Of a DNA stretch of 24,000 nucleotides, positions 1 through 9,780 are shown piece by piece. The DNA is from Bacillota bacterium (GTDB lineage Bacteria > Bacillota_I > Bacilli_A > RFN20 > CAG-826): contig JAEWMX010000015.1 of assembly GCA_023393065.1 (NCBI GenBank), positions 86,505 to 110,504 on the forward strand. Reading direction: 5' to 3'. A program made the translations under genes and the position numbers. Below the pieces are notes generated by a model that worked only from the letters and a program-made list of their open reading frames with translations, did no database searches and was not told the DNA's origin. Each line of letters begins with the position of its first letter. Within the stretch, counting starts at the first letter, position 1.

Positions 1-1
1 G

Positions 2-1141
2 ATGCTCCTTTGCTATGCGCACAAGACACCAAAGTATTTGCGGCTGGCCAAAAGCGATGAGAAAAGGAGTCGCTACTCGTATCGCGACTTGGTGGACATC
101 GCCGCGCGGCACGGCGTGATTCTGACAGCCTACAAGTTGCTGGACAAAGAGGAGATAAGAAAGCAGAAGATATGGCCTTTGCTCGTGGCGATAAAGCACG
201 ATAATGGGGGATTGCATCTCGTCGTCTTAAGACGCATTTCGAGAAAGGTTCATATCGATGACCCAAATTCCGGCGCGGTCAGCATGGCTTGGACTGACTT
301 TATCGAGCGATGGGACGGCTCGTTTTTGCAGATCAGTAAGGTATTAAGACCTTGCGAATTTAACAAAGAAAAACCAATCATCAAGACCGCAAAGCGCTTT
401 TTATTGCTTTGCTTGCAAACTTTCTCAGCCTTGTTTGCGCTCTTGGGTTTTGCTTTTGTCTCATCGCAAAGCTTTTTCGCCTATCCGCTTTTATTCTTTG
501 CCCTATTTATTATTTGCGAACTGCTCTTCAGGCGCTTTCAACTGGCGGTCTTAGCGGAGTTTGATGAGCATTTCATGCACCGGACCTACGACGAAGACAA
601 GGATGTCATGCGTCAGAAGTTTCGGCATTTTCACGATTTTAAAAAAAGCTATTTCTTATTTCCGCAAATTGTCATTGGTTCTCTCATCATCGCCTTTTTT
701 GCCTTGACCATCTTGGCCATCAACGACATTAGGCACCTTATCTTTTTGGCCATTCTTTCGCTGTTTGCACTATGCGACTTTTTCCTGAGCAAGGTAATCG
801 ATGGCAAAAACGAAAAAATCCTCAGCGCAATCGAAGAGGACAGTTTTCAAGAGAGTTTGATGAAAAGCGATGTCCTCGGCAATTATCAAAAGATGAGTGC
901 GCTCACCCAGCTGATAGCCAAAAGCGCCATCACCCGCAAGTATGTCGGGCTATTTTTAATTGGAGCTTGCGCTTTGACATATGCCGCGATCAGCGCTGCC
1001 GCGACGCTTAATTACTTCCTCTTCCATTTCTTCATCTATCTTCTGTTTTATGAAAATGTCGGAAAGTTATTTAATTGTCTATTTCGCATCGACAAGCTCC
1101 AGCGGGAAATCACGGAGTTCAAAGACCGATTTGTGCGATAG
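2..1141 (+). CDS. C39-family (double-glycine) peptidase-like domain fused to a multi-TM ABC-exporter-like domain, no ATPase domain; probably 5'-truncated by the window edge
   Basis: The N-terminal part retains the C39 catalytic His/Asp context (GGLHLVVLRR...VHIDDPNSGAVSMAWTDFIERWDG). It is followed by about 6 hydrophobic helices. The ORF ends in TAG at 1139-1141 with no Walker A, ABC signature or Walker B. The catalytic Cys region expected at the C39 N-terminus is outside the window. Confidence 0.65.
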   Translation: MLLCYAHKTPKYLRLAKSDEKRSRYSYRDLVDIAARHGVILTAYKLLDKEEIRKQKIWPLLVAIKHDNGGLHLVVLRRISRKVHIDDPNSGAVSMAWTDFIERWDGSFLQISKVLRPCEFNKEKPIIKTAKRFLLLCLQTFSALFALLGFAFVSSQSFFAYPLLFFALFIICELLFRRFQLAVLAEFDEHFMHRTYDEDKDVMRQKFRHFHDFKKSYFLFPQIVIGSLIIAFFALTILAINDIRHLIFLAILSLFALCDFFLSKVIDGKNEKILSAIEEDSFQESLMKSDVLGNYQKMSALTQLIAKSAITRKYVGLFLIGACALTYAAISAAATLNYFLFHFFIYLLFYENVGKLFNCLFRIDKLQREITEFKDRFVR

Positions 1142-1187
1142 TATAATTTATTATAACTGTGATAAAATATTATCATTGAGTCATAAC

Positions 1188-1643
1188 ATGGAAATCACTT
1201 TTACAAACACCGGCCCCTCGTCTTTTGATGACTATGAATCCGTATATCGCGAACTGGCGATCGCCATTTTTAAATATCTCAAAATAACCTCCGATTACAT
1301 CGTTGAAGTCAATCTCATCAACGATGAAGAAATTCAGGCCATCAACAAAGCCTATCGCGGCAAGGACGCACCAACCGATGTCATCAGCTTTGCCTTTCTT
1401 GATAATATCGAATCTGAAATCGCAATCAAAGGCGATGTCCCGCGCCTCCTCGGAGAAATCATGATTTCTTATGAGACGGCCGCAAGACAGGCGAAAAATT
1501 ATGGGCATTCTCTAGAAAGAGAGATGAAATTTCTCTTCACGCATGGTATTCTTCATTTGCTCGGCTACAATCACGAAACCGAGGAGCAAGAACAAGTCAT
1601 GTTCGCCCTGCAAGATCAGATCCTCGAAAAGGAGAAAAAATAA
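1188..1643 (+). CDS. ybeY: Endoribonuclease / rRNA maturation factor YbeY
   Basis: Start trimmed from ORF 981 to ATG 1188 (MEITFTNTG). Metal-binding motif HGILHLLGYNH, and TDVISFAF. Followed by cdd and era as in Bacillota. Confidence 0.93.
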   Translation: MEITFTNTGPSSFDDYESVYRELAIAIFKYLKITSDYIVEVNLINDEEIQAINKAYRGKDAPTDVISFAFLDNIESEIAIKGDVPRLLGEIMISYETAARQAKNYGHSLEREMKFLFTHGILHLLGYNHETEEQEQVMFALQDQILEKEKK

Positions 1644-2041
1644 TGAACAGAGATCAATTAATCGAACTCGCCATCGAAGCTAGGACCTTATCCTACTCAC
1701 CGTATTCGCACTTTGCCGTCGGTGCCGCTTTGCTTTGCAAAGATGGCTCGGTTTATGTCGGCAGCAATGTCGAAAACGCTTCCTATCCATTGAGCATGTG
1801 CGCGGAGCGAAATGCTTTATATAGCGCCTTCATGGATCACAAGAGCCGAGAAGATTTCGTCGCCATGGCCGTCGTCGGCGATACTGATTCGCCAATCACC
1901 CCTTGTGGAGCTTGCCGCCAAGTCATCAGCGAACTCTTTCCGATGAACGCGCCGATTTATATGGCTAATATGCGCGGTGACGTCAAAGAGACGACTATCG
2001 CCGAGTTGTTACCTTTTGCCTTTGACGGAAGTGATTTATAG
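1643..2041 (+). CDS. cdd: Cytidine deaminase
   Basis: SHFAVGAALL, NVENASYPLSMCAERNA, PCGACRQVISEL zinc-site motifs. TAATG overlap with ybeY. Confidence 0.96.
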   Translation: MNRDQLIELAIEARTLSYSPYSHFAVGAALLCKDGSVYVGSNVENASYPLSMCAERNALYSAFMDHKSREDFVAMAVVGDTDSPITPCGACRQVISELFPMNAPIYMANMRGDVKETTIAELLPFAFDGSDL

Positions 2042-2914
2042 ATGAAATCGGGCTTCGTGTCAATTATCGGTCGACCAAATGTCGGTAAATCGACGATTTT
2101 AAACGCTCTCATCAATCAAAAAGTATCGATTGTCACGAATAAATCTCAGACGACTAGAGATAATATCAAGGGCATCTATGAAGATGGCGAAAGTCAGATA
2201 ATCTTCGTCGACACCCCTGGAATCCATAAACCCCATCACGAGTTGGGGCGCCTTATGAACCAAAGTGCCCTTGCCTCGACTTCGGGCGTCGAAGTCGTCG
2301 TTTTGGTCGTCGATGCATCCAAACCATTCGGCGACGGCGACAGTTATCTCTTTGCCGAACTTAAGGTCAATTGCCCGCTGATCATCGTCCTCAACAAGAT
2401 TGATTTGGCGACGATCGATCAGGTGCAAGGCTTAAAAGCTCGATATGCAGAATTATATCCGAGCGCGACGATTCTCGAGATGAGCGCCATTCGCTCATTT
2501 AATATCGAGGAATTAATAAAAATCATCAAATCGCACCTAAGCGATGGGCCGCGCTATTATCCAGTCGGTTCGATCAGCGATCGCGACGAGCAGTTTTTTA
2601 TCAAGGAACTCATTCGCGAGCAAGTTTTGATGCAACTTCGCGAAGAAGTGCCACATCAAATCGCCGTCGCCGTCGAAAAATTCCAGATTAAGAGCAAGGC
2701 CGTCGTCGTCGAAGCCTTGATCATCGTCGATAAACCGTCGCAAAAGGCTATCGTCATCGGTAAAGATGGGGCTCGCATCAAAGCGATTGGTATCAAAGCC
2801 CGCGAAGCCTTGGAAGCGCGCTACGAAAAAACGACTTATCTCCAGCTCTATGTAGCAATTAAAAAGGATTGGCTCAACAATCCGCGCCTCCTCAAAGAAT
2901 ACGGCTATAAATAA
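2042..2914 (+). CDS. era: Ribosome-associated GTPase Era
   Basis: GRPNVGKST (G1), DTPG (G3), NKID (G4), and C-terminal KH-like domain (IVIGKDGARIKAIG). Confidence 0.98.
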   Translation: MKSGFVSIIGRPNVGKSTILNALINQKVSIVTNKSQTTRDNIKGIYEDGESQIIFVDTPGIHKPHHELGRLMNQSALASTSGVEVVVLVVDASKPFGDGDSYLFAELKVNCPLIIVLNKIDLATIDQVQGLKARYAELYPSATILEMSAIRSFNIEELIKIIKSHLSDGPRYYPVGSISDRDEQFFIKELIREQVLMQLREEVPHQIAVAVEKFQIKSKAVVVEALIIVDKPSQKAIVIGKDGARIKAIGIKAREALEARYEKTTYLQLYVAIKKDWLNNPRLLKEYGYK

Positions 2915-3633
2915 TGGAAATAATCGGTATTGTCACGCGTTTGACGCCCTTTAAAGAAAAAGACGCGATGATCAATGTCGTCGGCGCCGATCGAACATAT
3001 TCTTTTTTGGCGCGCGGCGTCTTGGGAATCGCCAGCAAAAACATGGCTAGCGTTCAGCCTTTCAGCAAGTCGCGCTTTCTTCTTACCAAAGGTAAAGAAG
3101 GATTGTCGCTCCGAAGCGGAACCCTGATAAGCTCATATGCAAAAGCTAGGGAAAGTCTCAATGGTCTGACGGCTTTATCGTTTATCGGCGAGCTGACCAA
3201 CAAAGCGATCGAAAGCGAAGAAGCGGAAAAGGTATTTACCTCTCTTGATGCGGCGCTGAGCCATATCGCAGCCGGATTTCACCCTTTGACCATCGTCCTT
3301 TTATATTTCGCCGCCGTCTTAAAAGCCATCGGCTACGGACTCGAAGTGACAAAATGCGTCATTTCCGGTCAGAAAAGCGATATTACGGCGATTTCATATC
3401 TCGATGGAGGATTTGTCGCATCGCCTTCTTTCGACGCTTTGCGCCATCAGAAGCGAAGCGAGCGCCAGCTCAAGATTCTTCGCCAGATCTTCCTGGCCAA
3501 ACCCGAGGACTTTAATCGCGTGGCTTTTGAAAGCGGTGAATGCCTGGAAATAATCAAAGATTTATCAATTTATCTACAAGATGCGGCCGGCATCAAACTT
3601 AAAAGTATCTTTCTATTAGAAAAATCTTCATAA
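2914..3633 (+). CDS. recO: DNA repair protein RecO
   Basis: N-terminal OB-fold typical of RecO (EIIGIVTRLTPFKEKDAMINVVGADRTYSFLARGV). Located immediately after era. Confidence 0.88.
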   Translation: MEIIGIVTRLTPFKEKDAMINVVGADRTYSFLARGVLGIASKNMASVQPFSKSRFLLTKGKEGLSLRSGTLISSYAKARESLNGLTALSFIGELTNKAIESEEAEKVFTSLDAALSHIAAGFHPLTIVLLYFAAVLKAIGYGLEVTKCVISGQKSDITAISYLDGGFVASPSFDALRHQKRSERQLKILRQIFLAKPEDFNRVAFESGECLEIIKDLSIYLQDAAGIKLKSIFLLEKSS

Positions 3634-3658
3634 ATTTATTAACTACACTTATAATAGG

Positions 3659-3687
3659 TTGACAACACATCCACCAGGGCATACACT
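3659..3687 (+). promoter_or_regulatory. Candidate sigma-A promoter for glyQS: TTGACA - 17 nt - TACACT
   Basis: Perfect -35 hexamer TTGACA at 3659-3664 and a 4/6 -10 match TACACT at 3682-3687, in the recO-glyQS gap upstream of the ATG at 3721. Confidence 0.5.
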
Positions 3688-3720
3688 TGGGCGGCTTGCG
3701 TTTTGCGCGGAGGAACACAT

Positions 3721-5088
3721 ATGAAATATGATTTTGACACAATCGTGAACCATTTGATCACCAGCGGTTTTGTCTATCAAGGTTCTGAAATTTATGGCGG
3801 TTTATCCAATACTTGGGACTATGGTCCACTCGGCTCCGAATTGAAAAACAACCTCAAAAGAGCTTGGTGGAAGAAGTTTGTCCAAGAGTCGCCGACTAAT
3901 GTCGGCATCGACGCTTCAATCTTGATGAATCCCCGCGTTTGGGAAGCCACTGGTCACGTCTCGGCCTTTAACGATCCGCTCATCGATTGCAAGAGTTGTC
4001 GGGCTCGACACCGAGCCGACGAGCTCATCAGCAAAGCCCATCCCGAAGTCAATGTCGCGTCCTTATCAAACGACGAGATGAATGCTTTTATCAAAGATAA
4101 GAAAATTCCTTGCCCTGTCTGCGGCAAATCTGATTTTACGGATATTCGCCAGTTTAATATGATGTTTAAAACCCATATCGGCGTCGTCGAAGATTCGAAG
4201 TCGGTCGTCTATCTTCGCCCCGAGACCGCACAAGGTATCTTCGTTAACTTTCGCAACATCCAGCGGACTACCAGAAGAAAATTGCCATTAGGCATCTGCA
4301 ATGTCGGCAAGAGTTTTCGCAATGAGATCACCCCCGGGAATTTCATCTTTAGAACTCGCGAGTTTGAGCAGGCTGAACTCGAATTTTTCTGCAAGCCAGG
4401 AACTGATCTCGAATGGTTTGAATATTGGAAGAGCTACTGCTTAAAATTCCTTAAGAGTCTAAATATCAATCAAGAAAAACTGCGTTATCGCGACCACGAT
4501 CCCAAAGAGCTTGCTTTTTATTCAAAAGCAACATGTGATATCGAATACGAATTCCCATTTGGATGGGGGGAGCTTCTAGGTATAGCCGACCGCACCGACT
4601 ACGATTTGAAACGGCACATGGAATATAGTGGCGAGTCGCTCGAATATCTCGATAGCGACAGCGGTGAAAAATATGTACCATACTGCATCGAGCCGTCATT
4701 TGGCGTCGATCGTTTGATGCTGACGGTCATGTGCGACTCTTTTGTCGAAGAGCAATTGGAAAAAGACTCGCGCATAGTCATGAAACTGCATCCCGCACTG
4801 GCGCCATATAAAGTGGCGGTTTTGCCTTTAAGCAAACAGCTCAACGAAAAAGCCAAAGAAGTAGTGAATATCCTCAATAAGTATTTCGCCGTTACTTACG
4901 ACGAGACGGGAAGCATCGGTAAACGCTATCGGCGACAAGATGCCATCGGCACTCCTTACGCGGTGACCGTCGACTTCGATACGGCTAACGATCAAAGCGT
5001 CACAATTCGTGACCGCGATACGATGAATCAAATCCGCTTGCCGATTAAAGAACTTGTTGGATACTTTGGCGTCAAATTGTTCTATTAG
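3721..5088 (+). CDS. glyQS: Glycyl-tRNA synthetase, single-chain (alpha2) type
   Basis: [46 protein letters not shown]; class II motifs [25 protein letters not shown]. Start trimmed from 3703 to 3721, preceded by SD-like ggagg. Confidence 0.96.
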   Translation: MKYDFDTIVNHLITSGFVYQGSEIYGGLSNTWDYGPLGSELKNNLKRAWWKKFVQESPTNVGIDASILMNPRVWEATGHVSAFNDPLIDCKSCRARHRADELISKAHPEVNVASLSNDEMNAFIKDKKIPCPVCGKSDFTDIRQFNMMFKTHIGVVEDSKSVVYLRPETAQGIFVNFRNIQRTTRRKLPLGICNVGKSFRNEITPGNFIFRTREFEQAELEFFCKPGTDLEWFEYWKSYCLKFLKSLNINQEKLRYRDHDPKELAFYSKATCDIEYEFPFGWGELLGIADRTDYDLKRHMEYSGESLEYLDSDSGEKYVPYCIEPSFGVDRLMLTVMCDSFVEEQLEKDSRIVMKLHPALAPYKVAVLPLSKQLNEKAKEVVNILNKYFAVTYDETGSIGKRYRRQDAIGTPYAVTVDFDTANDQSVTIRDRDTMNQIRLPIKELVGYFGVKLFY

Positions 5089-5135
5089 TAGTATTTTAGT
5101 ATTTTATTAGTTAGGAAAGGAGGAGCCCATATATC

Positions 5136-6935
5136 ATGATATATGAATCAAGTTTAGTCGACGACATTCTTAAGCAAGCTGATATCGTAAATGTCATCTC
5201 TAGTTATATAAACGTAATTCAAAAAGGTCGCAATTATGTGGCCCTTTGCCCTTTTCACGACGACAAAAATCCTTCGATGATGATTTCTAAAGACAAGCAA
5301 ATATTTAAGTGCTTTGTGTGTGGCGCCGGCGGAAACGCAATCGGCTTTGTCGAAAAGTATGAAAAGATTCCTTTCGCGATGGCGATACGCAAGACGGCCG
5401 AAATCATCGGTTTTCAAGATGTCAGGCTCACTAAGCCAGTCAGCTATGCCCAAATCGATGAGACGCTCGCTCCTCTTCAGGATTGCATCGAAGATTTAAC
5501 GACTTATTATCAATTCGGCTTATCGACCGAGGAAGGTGCCAAAGCCCGCGAATACCTCGAAGGTCGCCACATCGACCAAGATCAGCAGGAGCGTTTTCGT
5601 CTAGGCTACGCGATCAGAGACGGAAAAGGCACAGTTTCTTACTTACAGCAAAAAGGATATAGTCTAAAGACTATTGAGGGAATTGGCATCGCCTTAGCCA
5701 AAGCTGAAGGGACGGCGGATTCAAATGCCGGTCGCCTCATTTTCCCGATTCACGATGGAGATGGGAAAGTCATCGGTTATAGCGCCCGAAAACTTTTTGA
5801 TGAAACCGAAGGGCCGAAATACATCAACTCTCCCGAGACAAAACTTTTTCACAAGAGTTCCGTCTTCTATAACTTACACAATGCGAAGCTGACAGCCAAA
5901 CATGATGGCTACATATACGTACTTGAAGGTTTTATGGATGTCTTTGCCCTCGATAAAATCGGCATCAAATCAGCAATTGCTATCATGGGAACAGCTCTGA
6001 CCAAAGAGCAAGCAAATATCCTCAGGCGCCTCAACGTTGAGATTCGCCTCTGCCTCGATGGCGACGCCGCCGGCCAGATGGCGATGATGAGAATCACCGG
6101 AGTTCTCGATGCCGCCGGGGTCAAATATCGCCTCGTCTCGGAACCGGGAAACGAATTAGATCCTGATGAAATATTGCAAAAAAACGGCGAAGAGGGCCTG
6201 CGCAAATATCTTAATATGCTCGTCGATCCCTTTGAGTTCGCCTTAAACTATTATCAGCATACCAACCCTTTGGGTTCGCTCGAAGATCGTCAGAAAGTCG
6301 TGAATTACTTTATGCCGATGCTCGTGCAAATTCCTAAAGGCATCGATCTCGACAATCGCATCTTTCGCCTTTCAAAAGTCACGCGCTTTGACCCGCAGGC
6401 CATCGCTAAATTTGTCGATGAAGCCCGCAATCGGGCAAGCGCCGAGATTCCCAAAGTTTCCGAGCTTCCCGAGATGGAGTTTAAACCCTTCAGAAAGGAT
6501 TTGCGGCGTCTGCAAAACGCGGAACGGCAGCTCCTCTACAGCATGTTTAAGGACAAGAACGCCGTCGACTTCTATGAAAAGAATGTTCAGTACTTCTACA
6601 TCGAAGTCTATCGGCACATCGCCTTGCACATCATCGATTATCTCTCGAAGCACGATAGTATCGATGTCTCGCTTCTCATTAATGAGATCTCCATGAAAGA
6701 AGCGCCGAACAAAGACGAAATCATCAATGAGATCACTAGTCTAAACGCGAAGAACATCTATCCTGAGCCAACGGAAAAAAGCTTGCTCGAAATGCGCGAT
6801 GTCATTAAAGAAGAAACGCAAAATCTCTACGAGAAGGAAGCTCTCAAAAAATCGTTGCTCGGCAAAACACCGCGCGAACAAGCGCGCATAATCGACGACT
6901 ACAATCGTCGCAAGATGAAAAAAATCGGCAAATAA
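5136..6935 (+). CDS. dnaG: DNA primase
   Basis: Zinc-binding [10 protein letters not shown]...[16 protein letters not shown]; Toprim [12 protein letters not shown]...LCLDGDAAG. Preceded by SD aaaggagg. Confidence 0.97.
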   Translation: MIYESSLVDDILKQADIVNVISSYINVIQKGRNYVALCPFHDDKNPSMMISKDKQIFKCFVCGAGGNAIGFVEKYEKIPFAMAIRKTAEIIGFQDVRLTKPVSYAQIDETLAPLQDCIEDLTTYYQFGLSTEEGAKAREYLEGRHIDQDQQERFRLGYAIRDGKGTVSYLQQKGYSLKTIEGIGIALAKAEGTADSNAGRLIFPIHDGDGKVIGYSARKLFDETEGPKYINSPETKLFHKSSVFYNLHNAKLTAKHDGYIYVLEGFMDVFALDKIGIKSAIAIMGTALTKEQANILRRLNVEIRLCLDGDAAGQMAMMRITGVLDAAGVKYRLVSEPGNELDPDEILQKNGEEGLRKYLNMLVDPFEFALNYYQHTNPLGSLEDRQKVVNYFMPMLVQIPKGIDLDNRIFRLSKVTRFDPQAIAKFVDEARNRASAEIPKVSELPEMEFKPFRKDLRRLQNAERQLLYSMFKDKNAVDFYEKNVQYFYIEVYRHIALHIIDYLSKHDSIDVSLLINEISMKEAPNKDEIINEITSLNAKNIYPEPTEKSLLEMRDVIKEETQNLYEKEALKKSLLGKTPREQARIIDDYNRRKMKKIGK

Positions 6936-6951
6936 CCGAAGAGGAGAAAAT

Positions 6952-8352
6952 ATGGCAAATAAGAACAAGGGCGTAGAAAAAATTGACGAAAAAGGTCAAA
7001 AGGCCAAACCCGCTAAGGTTAAGGATGCCAAATCGCCACTCAGTAAAAAACCTGTCGACGTGAAAAAAGAAGCGAAGGCCAAAAAAACAAAAGCCGAAGC
7101 GAAAGCGAACAAGAAGACCAAAAAAGGCGACGAAGACGAGGAAGAGCCCGTTATTATCGTCGACGAGGAAGAAGAGATTGAATCGCTCGAGACGATTAAA
7201 AAGCGAATCGTCAAAACCTTTAAGGAACGCGGCTTCATCGACATGAGCGAAGTCCTCGATGAAACCTCACACCTTGATCTATCCGATTCTGATGTCGAAG
7301 ACTTAATCGTCTTCTTTAAGAGCAAAGGGGTCGATGTCATCTCCGATATCGATGCCGAAGCCGATATAGATGATATTCCTGAAGAAGAAATCGCCAAAGG
7401 CGAGACCCTCGTCGAGGATATAATCGACGAAGACGAGGAAGCAGATGATGAAGAGGTCGAGGCCCTTGCTGAAATCGACGATTTGTCTAAGCTTGCAACC
7501 GGCGAAGTCAAAGTCAACGACTCCGTCAAAATGTATCTTAAAGAGATCGGCCGCGTCGATTTGTTGCGCCCGGAAGAAGAGCCGATTTTGGCCAAGCGCA
7601 TCCTCGAGGGCGATATGGCGGCGAAAAATGAATTGATCAACGCCAACCTGCGCCTCGTCATCAACATCGCCAAACATTACAGTCGCGGTAAAGCCATGGA
7701 TTTTCTTGATTTGATTCAAGAAGGCAATCTCGGCCTCATGAAAGCCGTCGATAAATTCGACTACACGAAAGGCTTTAAGTTTTCGACTTATGCGACATGG
7801 TGGATTCGCCAGTCAATCGCACGCGCCATCGCCGACCAAGCTCGGACAATTCGCATTCCCGTCCACATGGTAGAAACGATCAATAAGATGAAGCGGGTGC
7901 AAAGGCAACTCGTCCAGCGCTTTGGACGCGAGCCAACTGCCGAAGAAATTTCCGATGAGCTCGAAGGATTCCTCTCCCCCGAACGAATTCGCGAAATTCA
8001 AAGAATCGCCCTCGATCCGGTTTCTTTAGAATCGCCAATCGGCGAAGAAGAAGACTCCCACCTCGGTGATTTTATCGAAGATAAAGAAGCCGAGACACCA
8101 GTTGATTTCACGACCAAATCTCTTTTAAAAGATGAATTGTACGAAGTCATGAAAGATTTGACCGACCGCGAGGAGCGGGTTTTGCGCCTGCGCTATGGAC
8201 TCGATGATAATCGGCCGCGAACGCTCGAAGAAGTCGGGCGCGAATTTGGCGTCACTCGTGAGCGAATACGTCAAATAGAAGCTAAGGCCATTCGCAAGCT
8301 TCGCCATCCGACTAGAGCGAAGCGCTTGGGAGATTTTCGCGATTCGCGATGA
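6952..8352 (+). CDS. rpoD: Primary sigma factor (sigma-70/SigA), with a long Lys-rich then acidic N-terminal extension
   Basis: Region 2 [55 protein letters not shown]; region 4 [30 protein letters not shown]. Directly downstream of dnaG. Confidence 0.98.
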   Translation: MANKNKGVEKIDEKGQKAKPAKVKDAKSPLSKKPVDVKKEAKAKKTKAEAKANKKTKKGDEDEEEPVIIVDEEEEIESLETIKKRIVKTFKERGFIDMSEVLDETSHLDLSDSDVEDLIVFFKSKGVDVISDIDAEADIDDIPEEEIAKGETLVEDIIDEDEEADDEEVEALAEIDDLSKLATGEVKVNDSVKMYLKEIGRVDLLRPEEEPILAKRILEGDMAAKNELINANLRLVINIAKHYSRGKAMDFLDLIQEGNLGLMKAVDKFDYTKGFKFSTYATWWIRQSIARAIADQARTIRIPVHMVETINKMKRVQRQLVQRFGREPTAEEISDELEGFLSPERIREIQRIALDPVSLESPIGEEEDSHLGDFIEDKEAETPVDFTTKSLLKDELYEVMKDLTDREERVLRLRYGLDDNRPRTLEEVGREFGVTRERIRQIEAKAIRKLRHPTRAKRLGDFRDSR

Positions 8353-9008
8353 TTAAAATAGGAAAACGGCTGATTGCCATCGCCAGCTTTGTCGATAAGT
8401 GCTCCGTCGTCGCCGATGTCGGCGCCGATCACGGCAAACTTCTCATTCACCTGGCTGAATTAGGTAAAGTTGCAAAAGGCTACGGCATAGAAAACAAAAG
8501 TGGCCCTTTTCAAATTTTAGAGAGTAATTTGTACCATCACAATCAGGCTGAGTTGCAAGCACTACTTCAAGACGGCATCACCAAGCTCGAAAAAGATGTC
8601 GATACGCTCGTCTTAGCCGGCCTCGGCGGAGAGACGATTATCAACATCCTCAAAAGCGGCGCTGAGAACTTAGAAAACGTCAAGACGATCATCACCGATT
8701 CGCACACTTCAATCGGCGAAGTTCGGCGCTACATCGTCAGTTTAGGATTTATCATCAAAGATGAGGTGCTCATCGAAGAAAAAAGTAAGTTCTACGAAAT
8801 ATGCAAATTCGAGAGGAGCGAAACGCCGAGAAATTATACTGATTTCGAATATCGCTACGGCCCGATCATCATTCAGAGCCAAGCCTTTAAACACTACGCC
8901 CTCATTATCATTAAAAGGATGGATGCCATTCTTAATAAAGATCTTCCGGAGGCGATGAAAAACCTCGTGCGTCAAGAAAGAGAGATTTTATTGACCTATG
9001 AAAACTAA
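8349..9008 (+). CDS. trmK: tRNA (adenine(22)-N1)-methyltransferase
   Basis: SAM-binding [26 protein letters not shown]; ATGA overlap with rpoD. Synteny sigA-trmK-nif3 as in B. subtilis. Confidence 0.92.
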   Translation: MIKIGKRLIAIASFVDKCSVVADVGADHGKLLIHLAELGKVAKGYGIENKSGPFQILESNLYHHNQAELQALLQDGITKLEKDVDTLVLAGLGGETIINILKSGAENLENVKTIITDSHTSIGEVRRYIVSLGFIIKDEVLIEEKSKFYEICKFERSETPRNYTDFEYRYGPIIIQSQAFKHYALIIIKRMDAILNKDLPEAMKNLVRQEREILLTYEN

Positions 9009-9780
9009 AGCTTTAATTCGCAAGCTGGCGGTTCGCTTTCCCAAGCGGATTGCCGAACCTGGTGACCGGGTCGGTTTAATGACCGGTAAATTAAAAGACG
9101 AAACCAAACGCATTGTCGTCTGCCTTGATTTTGACGAGGAAGTGATGCGGCGCATCGAAGCGATGAACGATGGCGATATCGATCTTATCTTAACCCATCA
9201 CCCGTTCTTGTATCGCTCCCGCTATCAAGTGTTCAAAAATGACGAAGTCAAGAAGAGGTTGACGGAAAAAGTCGACGCTCTCGGCATTCCCGTCTACAGC
9301 ATGCACACCAACTTCGACAGCGGGAAAGGCGGAATGAACGACGCTTTAGCGTCCGCTCTCGGCTTAGTCGACATTCGCCAGCTAGAAACCATGCCGATGG
9401 CACGCGGTGGGCGCCTCCAACATAAGATGGGGGTCAAACAGTTTGCTAAAGAAGCGGCTCGTTTGCTCAAAGTGCCTTACGGCTTGCTCATCGATGCCGG
9501 TAAAGCCGAGATTGAGACGGTGGCGATCATCGGTGGCGGTGGCAGTTCGTATTTTCATAATGCCTTACAAGAAGGCTATGACATCTATATTAGCGGCGAC
9601 GCTCCCCATCACGTCCGACGCGATGTCGTCTTACGCAATTACAACTATCTTGATCTGCCGCACGAAATCGAGCGCATTTTCGTCACCCAGATGAGCAAAA
9701 TATTAAAAGAGATCAGCGAAGATCTCGAAGTCATCGCCATCAATCACGAAGAGACGCCAAAAGTTATTTTAATAGATTGA
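8998..9780 (+). CDS. Nif3-like dinuclear metal centre protein (YqfO family)
   Basis: LTHHPFLYR, MHTNFDSGKGGMNDALA, SGDAPHHVRRD. ATG overlaps the trmK end. Confidence 0.9.
   Translation: MKTKALIRKLAVRFPKRIAEPGDRVGLMTGKLKDETKRIVVCLDFDEEVMRRIEAMNDGDIDLILTHHPFLYRSRYQVFKNDEVKKRLTEKVDALGIPVYSMHTNFDSGKGGMNDALASALGLVDIRQLETMPMARGGRLQHKMGVKQFAKEAARLLKVPYGLLIDAGKAEIETVAIIGGGGSSYFHNALQEGYDIYISGDAPHHVRRDVVLRNYNYLDLPHEIERIFVTQMSKILKEISEDLEVIAINHEETPKVILID

Noticed and set aside
772-1011. Plus-strand 79 aa ORF inside the C39/TM gene
   Set aside because: Out-of-frame with a coherent TM-protein frame; Arg/Gln-rich artefact.
3634-3720. Possible T-box riboswitch upstream of glyQS
   Set aside because: Gap of only 87 nt, a promoter-like element close to the gene, and no T-box consensus or terminator/antiterminator pair seen.
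6996-7719. Antisense ORFs of 225 aa and 138 aa opposite rpoD
   Set aside because: They mirror the Lys/Glu/Asp-codon-rich N-terminal part of rpoD, giving Ser/Phe-rich low-complexity translations. No RBS or domain signature, and rpoD is unambiguous.
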